A stretch of DNA of 58,499 nt, filler included, from Catajapyx aquilonaris (Eukaryota), in the NCBI GenBank assembly GCA_000934665.2. It is 3 parts of 3 records of this genome, joined end to end, with 100 filler letters (N's around TTAATTAATTAA, not from the genome) between each part and the next. Parts side by side here need not be neighbours in the genome. Positions count along the whole stretch, not along the records: positions 1 to 19,393 come from KZ539542.1; 2 more parts are not named here. One strand, 5' to 3'. The translations under genes were made by a program, and so were the position numbers. The first letter of the stretch is position 1, and every line of letters begins with the position of its first letter. Positions 1 through 11,711 of this stretch are shown piece by piece. The notes beneath the pieces were generated by a model that worked only from the letters and a program-made list of their open reading frames with translations, searched no databases and was not told where the DNA came from.

Positions 1-209
1 GCGTTCTATAACATCATTTTTGCGTTCATTTCACTTCGCGTGACGTCAACATTTTCTAGGGAAACAGTGACGTCACCATTTCCCTACATAAAAACCCAAA
101 TTACTCCGGAACGGGAACTGATATCTTAAAACGGAATATGCCCAAAAAATCCAAAAAATATGGGCGAATTTATTATGTAGTTTCCAAAATGAAGGCTACT
201 TCCCCATTG
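1..209 (-). mobile_element. End of a TIR DNA element, inverted near-identical copy of the element at 322-1028
   Basis: 1-208 is the reverse complement of ~325-532 with only a handful of mismatches. Confidence 0.75.
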
Positions 210-233
210 CCCTGTTATATTGTGAATGACATC

Positions 234-1379
234 CAGAGGCGTAGCTAGGGGGGGGGAGGGGGGGGGCAAGGGGGGACAGATGTCCCCGGGCGCAGCATCG
301 TGGGGTGCCAAATGAATGTAACATAATGGGGAACTAGCCTTCATTTTGGAAACTACATAATAAATTCGCCCATATTTTTTGGATTTTTTTGGCATATTCC
401 GTTTTAAGAAATCAGTTCCAGTTCCGGAGTAATTGGGGTTTTTATGTAGGGAAATGGTGACATCACTGTTTCCCTCGAAAATGTTGACGTCACGCGAAGT
501 GAAATGAACGCAAAAATGATGTTATAGAACGCGCCCCGGCATGGTCGTAAAATAATTCGTTGTACTGTGCTGGACCCGGCTGGACATTTGAGCAGTCCAA
601 GTGTTTACTTAGTTGCCAGGTAACGGGCGAGTTTTTACTCTAAGCCGCTCAAACCGCTTTGTACGTGGCAGTGATGCCACCAGGTCGGAAATATCTGTCT
701 CCCGAATTAGGCACATAAAGGCCCCCTTTCTCCACCTCGATGGCCTACAGCCGCCTTGCGAATGCTTTCCGTCGTGTCCGCGGTTAATTCAAAGTCAAAT
801 TCCTCATATCTCGCAGTCAACCAGTCATTTCAGTGTACCCTTTCGATTGGCACCACCCGGCTGCCCCGTTTTTCCCGCCAATTTTGAAGGCACTTTTAAA
901 TATGCCGTAATTAATCCAGTAATGTCATTTTGATGCAACAGAGTGATGGAATGTATGTTTACAGGCATGGGCTAGCTAGTTATGAACAAAAATCCCAAAT
1001 CCCAGACCAAGGCTAGTTCCCCATTACGAATGAATATTTCAGTCACTGCTACTTTCCATTCTTGGAGCAACATCGTGAGTTTGTGACTGCTCCTCCAAGG
1101 CGAATTTCTCTTTGAAGTAAAAAAACAATAAAGCATCAAACACATTACATGAAACAATTTCTCTTTACTTTGTTAACTTTTCAGGTCATTATATTTTTTA
1201 TTAATTATGTTATATCCAAAGTAATGTTGTAAGTTTTCGCAATTGTATATGGCTCACACTTTGTCACGCGGGCGGAGGGTCGAGGGGGCCCGGAGGCAGC
1301 AGCAGGAGGGAGGAGGGCCTGGAGGGGGCGCGAAAGCTGACTTTGTCCCCGGGCTCGGAAAACCCTAGCTACGCCGCTG
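234..1379. mobile_element. Non-autonomous hAT-like element
   Basis: TIRs cagaggcgtagctagg / cctagctacgccgctg (15 of 16 match) and a perfect 8-bp TSD ATGACATC at 226-233 and 1380-1387. Confidence 0.85.
322..1028. mobile_element. Nested non-autonomous TIR DNA element (possibly P-like)
   Basis: 20-bp TIR c(a/g)taatggggaactagcctt at both ends; TSD not clear. Confidence 0.6.
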
Positions 1380-1447
1380 ATGACATCGCATGTGAAAATC
1401 AAGTTAATGTGGTACTGGAATTATTGAATGAATGTATGTGTGTCTTA

Positions 1448-1885
1448 AGGCCTGTTTCCACCTGCATAATTTTTGAGCACAAAAAGAAAAACACAAAAAT
1501 GGAGCACAAAATCAAACAGTTTGGAATTATTCCAAAGTACAAAATTTTGAACTTTTCACAAAATAATTGCGCCCGGCACAAAATGGAAATACAAGATGGC
1601 CAACCGCGGTGGACTTATCGGAATTATTTTTCGATAATTCAAGCCCAATTTACAGTTCAATTAAGCTAAACGATTTTCGGACGCGAGTTCAGTTTAAATA
1701 AAATACAGTCGGAACTTTGGGTGCTCCCTTCCGAGCGCTCATTTTTGTTTCTTTTCATGAAAATAACAAAAATGTCCTGGTTGGAACAGGTGTTTATATG
1801 TGCTGCACAAAAATCATCAAGGAAACAAAATTTTTCTGGCATAAATTTTGTCCAGAACAAAAATTATGCCGGTGGAAACAGGCCT
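1448..1885. mobile_element. PIF/Harbinger-type (Tourist-like) MITE
   Basis: TIR aggcctgtttccacc(t/g)gcataattttt, 3-bp TSD TTA on both sides. Lies 43 bp from the SLC25A21 exon 3 donor. Confidence 0.85.
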
Positions 1886-1928
1886 TTACTTTTTTCTTCA
1901 CTCAATCCTATTATGTTTTCAAACTCAC

Positions 1929-2081
1929 CTGAGTGCGAACAATGTCTTTTGTGACTGCCCAAGTGCTTGGAGTTTGCTGAAGATGGGCTCGGTTGGCTTG
2001 CAGAGTCACCTTGACTACCTCAAAGGGATTCACGACCACAGCCTCGGTAATTCCTGCACCCATTCCAGCTAATGCAAATGT
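1929..2081 (-). CDS. SLC25A21: Mitochondrial 2-oxodicarboxylate carrier, coding exon 3 (gene continues beyond window start)
   Basis: Acceptor tatacag, donor GTGAGT, 153 nt, phase 0/0. Encodes TFALAGMGAGITEAVVVNPFEVVKVTLQA, the second carrier repeat (PFEVVK). Confidence 0.95.
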
Positions 2082-3730
2082 CTGTATAGAGAGGGAGGAA
2101 AAGTACAAAATAAGAGAGAATCGGGAATTTGAGTTTATGAACTTAATACAGTAGGCCTACACCGATCCCTAAAGTTAAATGGCATATCAGAAGTGCCTGT
2201 CATTACAAAGGTTGACACAAAATGTACACTTTCGACAGTTTAGAGTGTAGGCCTACTCTGTAGCCTGCAATTTCATCCTGAGCCCATGTATTCTACCCAT
2301 GTGAATTGATGGGGTGCAAATAATTGGACTGGGAAAACTTGACAGGGCCTGCAAGAGGAGAGGAGAAATCACCCTACCAGCCGCCACTTTTTATTGCCAC
2401 TTTGCCTTATGCCTCATACCCATGTGTCAGTTTGATCCTTGATCCCACAGCTGCCCTAACTCCACATTTAACAGAAAATTAGTAATATTTAAATAATAAA
2501 ACAGCCCAATTGTGCTCATTTTTGAGGACATCAGTGAGCCAGGTGCATCACTCAGCTCAGCGATCAATGCCCACCAGTGCATCAACTGACAAGGCTCAAT
2601 CTCAAGTTATTCCTAAAGCTGGCATACCCTTTAAACCACCCATGGTTGACAATAGAACCAATCAGTGGCACTGGCACAGCTCATGGCCATTGCACTGTAC
2701 TGGCTTGTTTTGCCTATTTTAAAAATCATTTTGGAGAAATTGGTCAGTAAAAATGTTCATATTATTACATGTTCAAGAAAACTGTGTGGTACATCAACTG
2801 CATGTGATACCAACAATTTAGTGTGCACATGAAAGTTGCAAAAATATTTTCTATACTCAATTTTTATGCTGATTATTTGCATGACAAATAAGAGGCATTT
2901 TCCAAGAGTGCAAGTCTCAGATATTCTTTAAACTTGCTAATTAGTCAGTCCACTGTCAGTAATGGAAAACTGCGAATTACTTTCGCACAATGTTGAAATG
3001 GTGTGAGTGGGAGGAGTTCGATTGTGCAAAATATTCACTTTCACAAAATAAGGTTAAAATTTGTTTCTTGATGTCTGATACTTGACCTTGATACTGATTT
3101 CGGACGCCTGGAGTGAAATTGGATGCTTACACTTTTCTTTGATTGGGTCAGTGTGGACACTTTTTGGAAGTCCAAAAAGGGCGTTGGACAGAGTGGGTTC
3201 AAGAGCTGCAGAATACAACAAGAGCAAGCCAGGTGCAAATTGAGAGTACTTCTTACACGCGTTCTTTCCCCGACGCAAAAATGACGTACATTAGGATGTG
3301 TCAAAGTAACTAGTGCCCACACTCTCCTACTGCACGGAGGCAAGTTAATTTATTCATAATTTTTCATCAATATGTTTTCATGGGACAGTTAACAAACTCC
3401 CAAAAAGTGTCCGAAGTCGCCTCATTCTACGGTACCACTGATATTTTGTGCCCATCCAATATCCAAATTTTGTACCCAATTTGCTTTAAAATAAGTTTTG
3501 CATCTATTTCCCTGGTATAGACACTTGAGTGGTGATGCAACCAACCCAGCACTGGCTTGATTCCAATGCTAAACAGAAAAGAAGTCAAGTGAAGCAAATG
3601 CACACCTTTTCAGCCACCACGTATGCAATGAACAACACAAAATAAGGTCATGTACTGTAGCTTTCATACATCAGATTTTGAGAACAGGTATGAGGTCTAC
3701 TCAACTTCTGAAATTGCAATGTTAACTTAC

Positions 3731-3990
3731 CAAAGGTGTGGGGACAGGTGATCCAAACAGAAAGAACTTCTTATACTGCTCAAAAGTGAAGAACTTGATA
3801 GCTCTTTTTGGGGTCTCGACCAATATAGGAGGAATTACTCCTTTCCACAGGGCAAAGAAACCTTCGGTCCGCCCCATCTTCCTTATGCAATCAATTACCC
3901 CACTGTAGTAGTGTGGGTCACCCTTTGCCTGGATCTGGAATCGTGTCTTCACAGTGTCCAAAGGCTGCATTATGCTGACTTCCACAAAGC
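3731..3990 (-). CDS. SLC25A21: Mitochondrial 2-oxodicarboxylate carrier, coding exon 2
   Basis: Acceptor ttggcag, donor GTAAGT. Encodes GFVEVSIMQPLDTVKTRFQIQ...EGFFALWKGVIPPILVETPKRAIKFFTFEQYKK, with the carrier signature PxDxxKxR and the ODC-typical ETPKRA motif. Confidence 0.96.
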
Positions 3991-4094
3991 CTGCCAAATT
4001 AAATTAACCTTAAGTTAATATTTCTGCATCTGGTATTATACTAGTGTTAAAGTAATTACTGTGGTACTAGTGCTACTTCTAACATAATTTTGTA

Positions 4095-4848
4095 TGAGGT
4101 CAATTTTAAAAGTTTTTCCTGCTAGGTGATAATTTCAATAATACACAAGATAATCACAAATTGTATGCCTGGTCAAACCTTGGAATGTCCTCTACCAGGG
4201 GGTTTCATTACTTTTCCATGCACTCATCATCCCTAACCACACACATACGTAAACATTGGACCAGTTGTTGCATCCCATTGAAAAAGAAATCAGGTGTCTT
4301 CTCACGGCACCAGCAATGCACATCTGCTTGCACCTCCACATCACTGGTGTAATGGTGTCCCTTCAGGTGTTCTTTAATCTTCGTGAAAAGAAAAAAGTCA
4401 CAAGGAGCAAGACACGGGCTGTATGGCAATCCTACACCACAACAATGCTCGTCAAATGCATGAGTCAAAAAACGCAGGATGCATTGCAGCATCTTCGTGA
4501 CATTTTACCACAGCCACCATACTGCCTGAATCTTGCACCTTGTGACTTTTTCCTTTTCATGTTGAAAGAACACCTGAAGGGAAACCATTACACCAGTGAT
4601 GCGGAGGCACAAGCAGATGTGCATAGTTGGTGCCAGAAGACACCTGATTTCTTCTTTGATTGGATGCAACAACTGTTCCAACGTAGGCGTGTGTGGTGTG
4701 TGGCTAGGGATAGTGACTATGTGGAAAAGTAATAAAACCTCCTGGTAGAGGCCATTGCAAACTTTCACCAGATATACCATTTATGTGATTTGCTTGTGTA
4801 TTATTGAAATTATCGCCTAGGAGGCAAAACTTTTCAAAATCCACCTTC
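4095..4848. mobile_element. Palindromic (foldback) mariner derivative made of two transposase 3' ends
   Basis: TA flanks and mariner-like TIR. Both arms encode the mariner C-terminus (PYSPxLAPCDFFLF..KEHLKG..Y(V/M)EK*), one on each strand (ORFs 4208..4492- and 4256..4732+). Confidence 0.9.
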
Positions 4849-5049
4849 TAAAAGATTCCGCATATCACTGACTAAACAATAAAGTCCATGCACAACCACA
4901 AGAGGAGTTCAGCATTACCCAACCATTATAATATTATCCTAACACTCAATTAGAGGGTCCGTACCTTGTCCATAGAAAACTATAGAGTGATATTTGTGTG
5001 CTTCATAAAATTTTACAACTCATTCAAGTTCATTTGTCTTCCCTTAGAG

Positions 5050-5314
5050 CAGTGGTTCCCAACCTGTGGCTGCGAAGCCTTTTCCAGGGGGGGGGGGGGG
5101 GGGNNNNNNNNNNNNNNNNNNNNNNNNNNNNNNNNNNNNNNNNNNNNNNNNNNNNNNNNNNNNNNNNNNNNNNNNNNNNNNNNNNNNNNNNNNNNNNNNN
5201 NNNNNNNNNNNNNNNNNNNNNNNNNNNNNNNNNNNNNNNNGGGGGGGGGGGGGTTGTAGGTAACTTGACTATCATAAAAGGGGGTCGTGATTCAGAAGAG
5301 GTTGGCAACCACTG
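5050..5314. mobile_element. hAT (Charlie-like) MITE containing an assembly gap
   Basis: TIR cagtggtt(c/g)ccaacct; 8-bp TSD ccttagag / ccttaaag. Confidence 0.8.
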
Positions 5315-6067
5315 CCTTAAAGGCAAAGATGGTGCATGAATTCTCTCCTTTTGATGTCACTCTTACATATCTGTCTTACCCTCTTCATCCTTTTTGTCAA
5401 TGACCCTCATAAGTCTGTCTTAATTAATTTTTCCTTCCAATTTACTCCTGTTACAGTATTCACTTTTACTCTAATATTAGAGCCTTCTAGTACATTCATC
5501 TAGTAGCCACTTAATCTCATTTTGCCTTACACTGTGCCCGATTCATGAGAACTGTACAAAGGTGCATGATATTTAGAAAAGGCTGTACACACTCTGCCAC
5601 TTGATATTGGTCAAGAGAGTTGGCAAGGTGTCAAGATTCAAGATTCACGTAAAGCTTGGCACTCCGGGTTTGTTTGACTATTCTTGGAACACCCGCCAGT
5701 ACAGCCTACGATGAACACTAATATTTTGGCCACCTGTTAGCATGAATTTCTGCCCACCTGTTAACAGGACACACAACTACACCCTGAATATTTGGTGCAA
5801 ACTTTAACTAGCCCCTTCTCATTTTTCAACCAGCTACTTGAAAGTTGCCAAATAATAATACATATGGTGTGATACTGATGCACCTAAAAATTAGGACATC
5901 AAAGGTATAACACTACGTAACATATAAATTAAATGTGACCCAGGCCTACATCAATAATTTTACAGCGTTGCGTTGTGACAGTACTGCATTATTCAGACAA
6001 GTTTATGCCTGCAACTCAACTGACAATAGGCTACCCCAACAATAATAGCACAGAAATGATACTTGAC

Positions 6068-6137
6068 CTGCCGATCCCCCTGCGAAGATCTGCATGGCAG
6101 CTTCCTTGGCAAGCTTCTGTCCTCCCGTCCCAGACAT
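6068..6137 (-). CDS. SLC25A21: Mitochondrial 2-oxodicarboxylate carrier, coding exon 1
   Basis: ATG at 6137 gives MSGTGGQKLAKEAAMQIFAGGSA+G, matching the SLC25A21 N-terminus (..QIxAGGSAG). The exon is 70 nt, ends in phase 1 at donor GTCAAG and joins in frame to the 3990 exon. Confidence 0.88.
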
Positions 6138-6708
6138 CCTTCCCTCTCTCCAGGTGCGCCGTACCCCAACTTGGAACCGGTGCTCCAGGTAGTCCCTGCA
6201 CACCCAGTAATCTTACCCTTATTACACACCAACACTCAGTCAACGTGTTTATCATGCGGGCTGTAAAACACAAAACAGCATATCCACAGGCAAAGTTTTA
6301 GTAAACAAACACTCCACACGGTTATTATGACTGCATAAAAATAGTATAAGTGTTGACATACCATGCTGCAGAAAGTCAAGTACTGTACAACTAAATGTTA
6401 TTCAGTCTGATCAGCATCGTCCTTGATGATACATGATATTCTTACGTAGTACGTGCAGACATGATTGCAGCTTCAATGTGACCCCTTTTAACCAGGAAGA
6501 TAATGCGTAGTCAACGAGGGATCAAAGTCCGATGTCGCTGCACTGACTACATACGACTTCATACGTTTGTTGATGCGCCGGCCGAATGTCAGGTGTCCTG
6601 TTTCCTCACAGTTTGCTAATCCAATCCAACGATCCGACTAGGGCGACACTATCGGGAAGGACTGGAAGCTACTCAAGATGCCGCGTATTCAAACACGCGT
6701 CATAATAG

Positions 6709-7005
6709 CGATAAATCTAAATAAATAAATCATATATAATAAACGATAAATCTAAATAAATAAATCATATATAATAAACGATAAATCTAAATAAATAAAT
6801 CATGCATAATAAACGATAAATCTAAATAAATAAATCATGCATAATAAACGATAAATCTAAATAAATAAATCATATATAATAAACGATAAATCTAAATAAA
6901 TAAATCATATATAATAAACGATAAATCTAAATAAATAAATCATATATAATAAACGATAAATCTAAATAAATAAATCATATATAATAAACGATAAATCTAA
7001 ATAAA
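6709..7005. repeat. 35-bp minisatellite, ~8.5 near-identical copies
   Basis: Unit cgataaatctaaataaataaatcatatataataaa starts at 6709, 6744, 6779 and so on to 6989; two copies carry catgcata. Confidence 0.97.
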
Positions 7006-7297
7006 GTATGCAATAAATGTAAATAAGAAAGACATCTGATGAATTTTGAATTTTGATTTATTTGCCCAAAATGGTGTACTGTTAATTTTCCAGAGTGAAC
7101 ACTGAAAATGTGTACTGCATACACACAGGATACACATTAACCGTTACCAGCATGATGTAACATATGCATAAAGTAGTGTCAGAGCATGTAAATTGTTTAG
7201 GCGTGAATGTCCAAAGGATAGTGTGATTTTGATGTTGACGATCCGAATATTATGGTAGATAAGCCATCTTTATCTTCCTGAGGCTATGGTCTCAATT

Positions 7298-7600
7298 TCA
7301 TCGCCCTGTGTTGTTTTTCTTTTGATGAGAAGATCTAGGAGACCTAAAATATTTCACATCACATCCTAGAGATGGAGAAGATCCAGGACATCCAAGAGAT
7401 GCAGCAGATCCAGGATATCCATGAGATGTGGAAGATCCAGGAGTGCTAGGAGATCCCATTAATTTATGAGATGTGGAAGATCTGGGAGTGCTAGGAGTTC
7501 TAATAAATTTACGAGATCTAGCAGATCCAGGAGATTTAATAGATGCAGGAGATCTAGCAGATCTAGTAGATCGGTAGCTTGTAGGCCTGGGGCTGGATTG
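7298..7600 (-). CDS. Putative orphan gene, terminal exon with Ser/Pro/Arg-rich degenerate repeats
   Basis: Open frame QSSPRPTSYRSTRSARSPASIKSPGSARS...NTGR*, built of degenerate 9/18-nt units. Phase-0 acceptor tttgaag is weak. AATAAA lies downstream at ~7057-7062. Confidence 0.42.
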   Translation of the reverse strand, partial: QSSPRPTSYRSTRSARSPASIKSPGSARSRKFIRTPSTPRSSTSHKLMGSPSTPGSSTSHGYPGSAASLGCPGSSPSLGCDVKYFRSPRSSHQKKNNTGR

Positions 7601-9134
7601 CTTCAAATACATAAAGATGCCAGTGGTGAAATAGAATATTTACAAACTTTTTGTGAGTTTTTGGCGTTATTTAAAACCTAATTCCCTTCCCCCCTCCATG
7701 TAACCAGCAATAACGCTCATTCTCATGTAACTTTATGTAGCCTACTGCATATGACCCTCCCCGCCCAATGCATCCCTAAAACAATTACAACTCTCATACT
7801 GATCATACTTATAACGTTTTGCCTTCCTCTGCCACCTTGGTTATTTTGGACCATGCAATTTCATGTTGACAATATTTTCCCATTTTGAATGCCATAATGT
7901 CGGTCTCATATTTTCCCGTATCCACTGCTCAAAATAAGCATTACTTTATAGAACGAGCACCTGGGACCTGATTGGCAAGCTTTAGAAAACACCTCCAAAA
8001 CCATGCCACATGAATTTTTTTCAATTACTAAATTACACGGAAATAACCTACAGCGAATTATTTATTCTCAGGGATATTTTTGGTCCTTGAATGGGCTAGC
8101 TCGTATTAATTTATTATCATGTTAGAGGAGTTGATAAAACATTAATGAGAGAGATGCATATATAATTCAATAACAGCTACAGAAAGTTTCAAAGACAACT
8201 GAGAAATGTCTGAAGAGGGCCAGCTGTCTTGTACGTATGGGTATGTGTTATAGAATATGCTATTGTAGATTCCAATTTGTGAATGCCACGAGAAATAATG
8301 TAAAAATGAACTACCGGTATCTGTTGATAATATTGAAAGACACATGACGTATGGCTATAAAGTATACTGCGAAAGTATGGAATGGGGTTATAAAAGTTTT
8401 TAAAAACACATTGTGAAAAACCAGTCATGCCATATACAAATAACTTATAGAATATTGTCTGCACTGTATAAAAATGTTTTGTTTGTCCATCATTGCAACT
8501 TGATGCTTGCCAAACATAACTGCATAAAGTTCACTGGTCAGTTAACATACCGTATTATAGCCTAATTGTAGTTTTATCATACACAGTGGGCGACACTTTG
8601 GGTTCAATGAAAATGAAAATTGAAAGGGAAGATATCAAGCATCTATACACCAAAAATAGAATTTCGAGTTTCATAATCGAAATTAAATCCAGAATAAAAG
8701 GCTGATCTTCGCCACTGTTTGGAACATTGTTGCCAACAATGAAAAACAAGTACAGTATTACCCACGATGTGTAGTCTGATCGATGGTAAATTCAGAACAT
8801 GTGGTTTATCATATAGCTATTCATGTAGGATGAATCACTTGTTCTGAATTCACTAGTTATCATGAAACCAGCCCTTATAGTAGGCCTAATAAGAAAAACA
8901 AGCTAGGCAATGCTACACTCTCCCTGTTTCATTTCGTAGGGTCCTTCCCACCGATATAAATCAAAGTTGCCTTTTACTTAACCTGATACAATGTTTATAG
9001 GCACCAGGAGCAGCGAATAAGACAATTACTATAGTGTTTCAATATTCACACAGTGATTACAGTGAGAACAAAACTTTCTGAGTAGCTTTGATTAACTACA
9101 CTTCCAATCGAAGACAAGATTTAGGTTTACTTAC

Positions 9135-9279
9135 TGTGCTCCAGTCTGCACATACAAGTGCCTTGTCATAGCCAGGTATCCTCTTGGTGAATATGTTGGC
9201 ATTACAAAACCTTCCCTTATTCCTTCTGAATGGCTCCTGGAATGAAGTAGGAGGATTGATCAGAAAAATATGTTGACTA
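9135..9279 (-). CDS. Putative orphan gene, exon 3
   Basis: Acceptor tttttcag, donor GTAAGT, open frame SQHIFLINPPTSFQEPFRRNKGRFCNANIFTKRIPGYDKALVCADWST, phase 2/0, after a 100-nt intron. Confidence 0.55.
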
Positions 9280-9379
9280 CTGAAAAATTATACTGTATAT
9301 CTGCGTAAGATATTAATTCAGGACACTCACAGAGCAAAGCCAATACGGCCCCATCGCAAGGCCGAATCTGGTGCCATAC

Positions 9380-9506
9380 ATATGATATCGCTTGTCGTTT
9401 TTGCTCCACCCTCTAGCTCTCTTCTTATAGGACTTCTGGAAGTAGTCTGCAGGAATGATGCATTTGTCATGCCATTTACGAATAACTGGACGCCTGTCCA
9501 TTGACA
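9380..9506 (-). CDS. Putative orphan gene, exon 2
   Basis: Acceptor ttattattacag continues the frame in phase 1 (VSMDRRPVIRKWHDKCIIPADYFQKSYKKRARGWSKNDKRYH). Donor GTATGG in phase 2 is inferred; an alternative GTGAGT donor near 9330 does not fit the phase of the next exon. Confidence 0.5.
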
Positions 9507-10003
9507 CTGTAATAATAAAGAGTATATCCAACGGGATTTCAAATGTAAAATATGAGAAAACAATATTTTCAGGTCTGCCCACTATACATAGGGTGAGTCA
9601 GAACTGCAGGTCTTCCATTCACCACAGCATGGTCTGGAGGCCTAGATTTGGTGGCCAGAAGTATTAAACCCTTTTGTTTTGGTGATGTTACCATTGATTT
9701 ACTGAGCATATATTACGGATTATTTTCAGGGGTGGAGACAAAAATAAAGCGACCTTTATATTATGTTATAGGTGCCTACTTTTCAGGAGCTATAGTATAG
9801 GAAAATCTGTTATTAGGAACAATTACACAGAAGTTGTGACTTTAATTTGCTTTGTGAGTTAGTGTTAACATCGTAGGGCTTGACTGTCTACTTCTCAGTT
9901 AAGCCAAGTTAAATGTACAATTTTTGATTAGTTGGATGGGAAGTCAGAAGCAAGGAGGGTCAGAAGTAACTTTCCGAAGCCTAGAGATTTTTTAAATAAA
10001 TAA

Positions 10004-10105
10004 ATCAATCAATCAATCAATTAATTATTAATTAATTAATTATTAATTATTAATTAATTATTAATTAATTATTAATTATTAATTATTAATTAATTATTAA
10101 TTATT
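10004..10105. repeat. AT-rich simple repeat (AATC then TAAT/TTA)
   Basis: Directly visible. Confidence 0.9.
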
Positions 10106-10309
10106 TTTATATTTATTTTAGTTGTTTATTATTATCTCAATTACAAATCAATAACAAAACAACAGGGGTAATAATGAACAATATCAGTCATTGTAATTCA
10201 TTATTAGGGAAACATTCGCTTTCTTATATTACCCATGACTCAGGGATGCATAGTGGGCAGCATGTATAACTTGCCTTTTAAAAGCATACATTTATAATAA
10301 CTTACTCAC

Positions 10310-10631
10310 CTTGTGAATATTCCAGTCGACCCCTGTCAGCCAGATTCTTCAGTGTTTCCCAGTCCAAGAGTTCCTCAATATTCCTGGTGGGGGGTTTGCT
10401 AGTTCTTGGGAACGCACATGGATGTTTGCTTGTACTCGGGGATTCTATCGTCTCTTCTGCAACCTTGCACTCCTTTTTCTTGGCAATCTCACCACGTGAT
10501 GCCCTCTTCCGTTCCTTCAAATACTCCACTCGGCGCTCGTAAGCTGACTTTGGGGCTTTAGTTTTAATCGGTGGCCAACGAATAATCTCGTAATGGCCAG
10601 GATCCAGATGGAATGGCTGTGAGAATGTCAT
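10310..10631 (-). CDS. Putative orphan gene, exon 1 (basic protein)
   Basis: ATG at 10631, 107 open codons (MTFSQPFHLDPGHYEIIRWPPIKTK...GRLEYSQ), ending at a consensus donor CAAG|GTGAGT in phase 1. No family recognised. Confidence 0.6.
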
Positions 10632-10809
10632 TTTTAACAAAAAGCATAGTCGCTACAATATTCACTACAATATCAATGTCGGTAAGTCAATCATGGTATG
10701 CCTAGCACTATTATGCAGTATATCAGCAGTCTTCAACCAGTGTTCTGCAGGCCTCTCCGAAAGGGTTCCATTAAGATAGTTATATGCAATAATGGCTGGG
10801 CTATAATAT

Positions 10810-11711
10810 GAGGCACTTAGAACAAAAGTGGCCCAAGTCCAAAAAACTCAAGTTGGGATAATTCACCTGCAAGTTTGGAAGGTCCTAGAAAAAAGGGTAA
10901 TCATATGGCTGGATCCATAATATGTCAGCTTGGCAATCATTACAGGGCAGTCTTTCTTAGATGTATTGCTACTGTCACAAAAAATTTGATTTAGTGATAA
11001 AAAATTATATGTGACTTACACCATATCAATCCTACCAATCATGGACTTACACCATTTTTGACTGGGTGTAAAGAGTTGAATCCAGATATAACAGACTCTT
11101 ATTATAACCAAGGTCTCTTATATCCATTTAAAAAACCCATATATGATGGAAGTATGGTGGAACCGGCCTTTCGAGTCTGTTATAACCGAAAGTCTGTTAT
11201 AGCCGAGGCTGTTATATCCAGATTCAACTGTATTTATAAAATTTCCTTTGATCATGCCTCAATTTTAACAAAAATAATTTTAGTAACAATTAATTTCAAT
11301 AAAAAATTTAAGAGGAGGAAATTTTCAGCAAAAATTAAAAAATCACAAATTAAAAAATTACAAATAATAAAAAATAATTTTAAATATGGCAAAACTGACA
11401 GCCATACACTTATTATTTGTCATACTCATACACAACAATATTTGTCTGTAGAGACGATGCTCCCAGAAATATCACTTAGCTCTTCGTTGGCCATCTTTAA
11501 CAGCTGGTATGGGACTTACACCAGGATTGCTCCAAGGGATAGGCAACTCTCCTTGGAGCACAAATGACATTATGTCATTTACTCCCCAAATATCCAACTC
11601 AGGATTTATATAATATTTTTCACCAACTTGGAATAGTTCTCTGAATGTGATGGCAGTCCTACCTCGAAAATTGCATTTTTGGACTTGGGTCACTTTTGTT
11701 CTAAGCGCCTC
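10810..11711. mobile_element. Non-autonomous TIR element, Sola-like, with a nested Tigger-like MITE (~11091-11230)
   Basis: ~36-bp TIR gaggc(a/g)cttagaacaaaagtg(g/a)cccaagtccaaaaa with AWWT-type flanks (atat/aatt). The nested MITE has gttgaatc..gatataac TIRs. Confidence 0.7.

Noticed and set aside
4256..4732. Functional 158-aa transposase
   Set aside because: The first part is the antisense of the other arm; only a degenerate C-terminal fragment is real.
6709..7005. CRISPR-like array of 35-bp repeats
   Set aside because: Units are contiguous with no unique spacers, there are no cas genes, and the context is eukaryotic.
11058..11567. 169-aa ORF as a gene
   Set aside because: It spans a nested MITE and A-rich low-complexity sequence within a TIR element.
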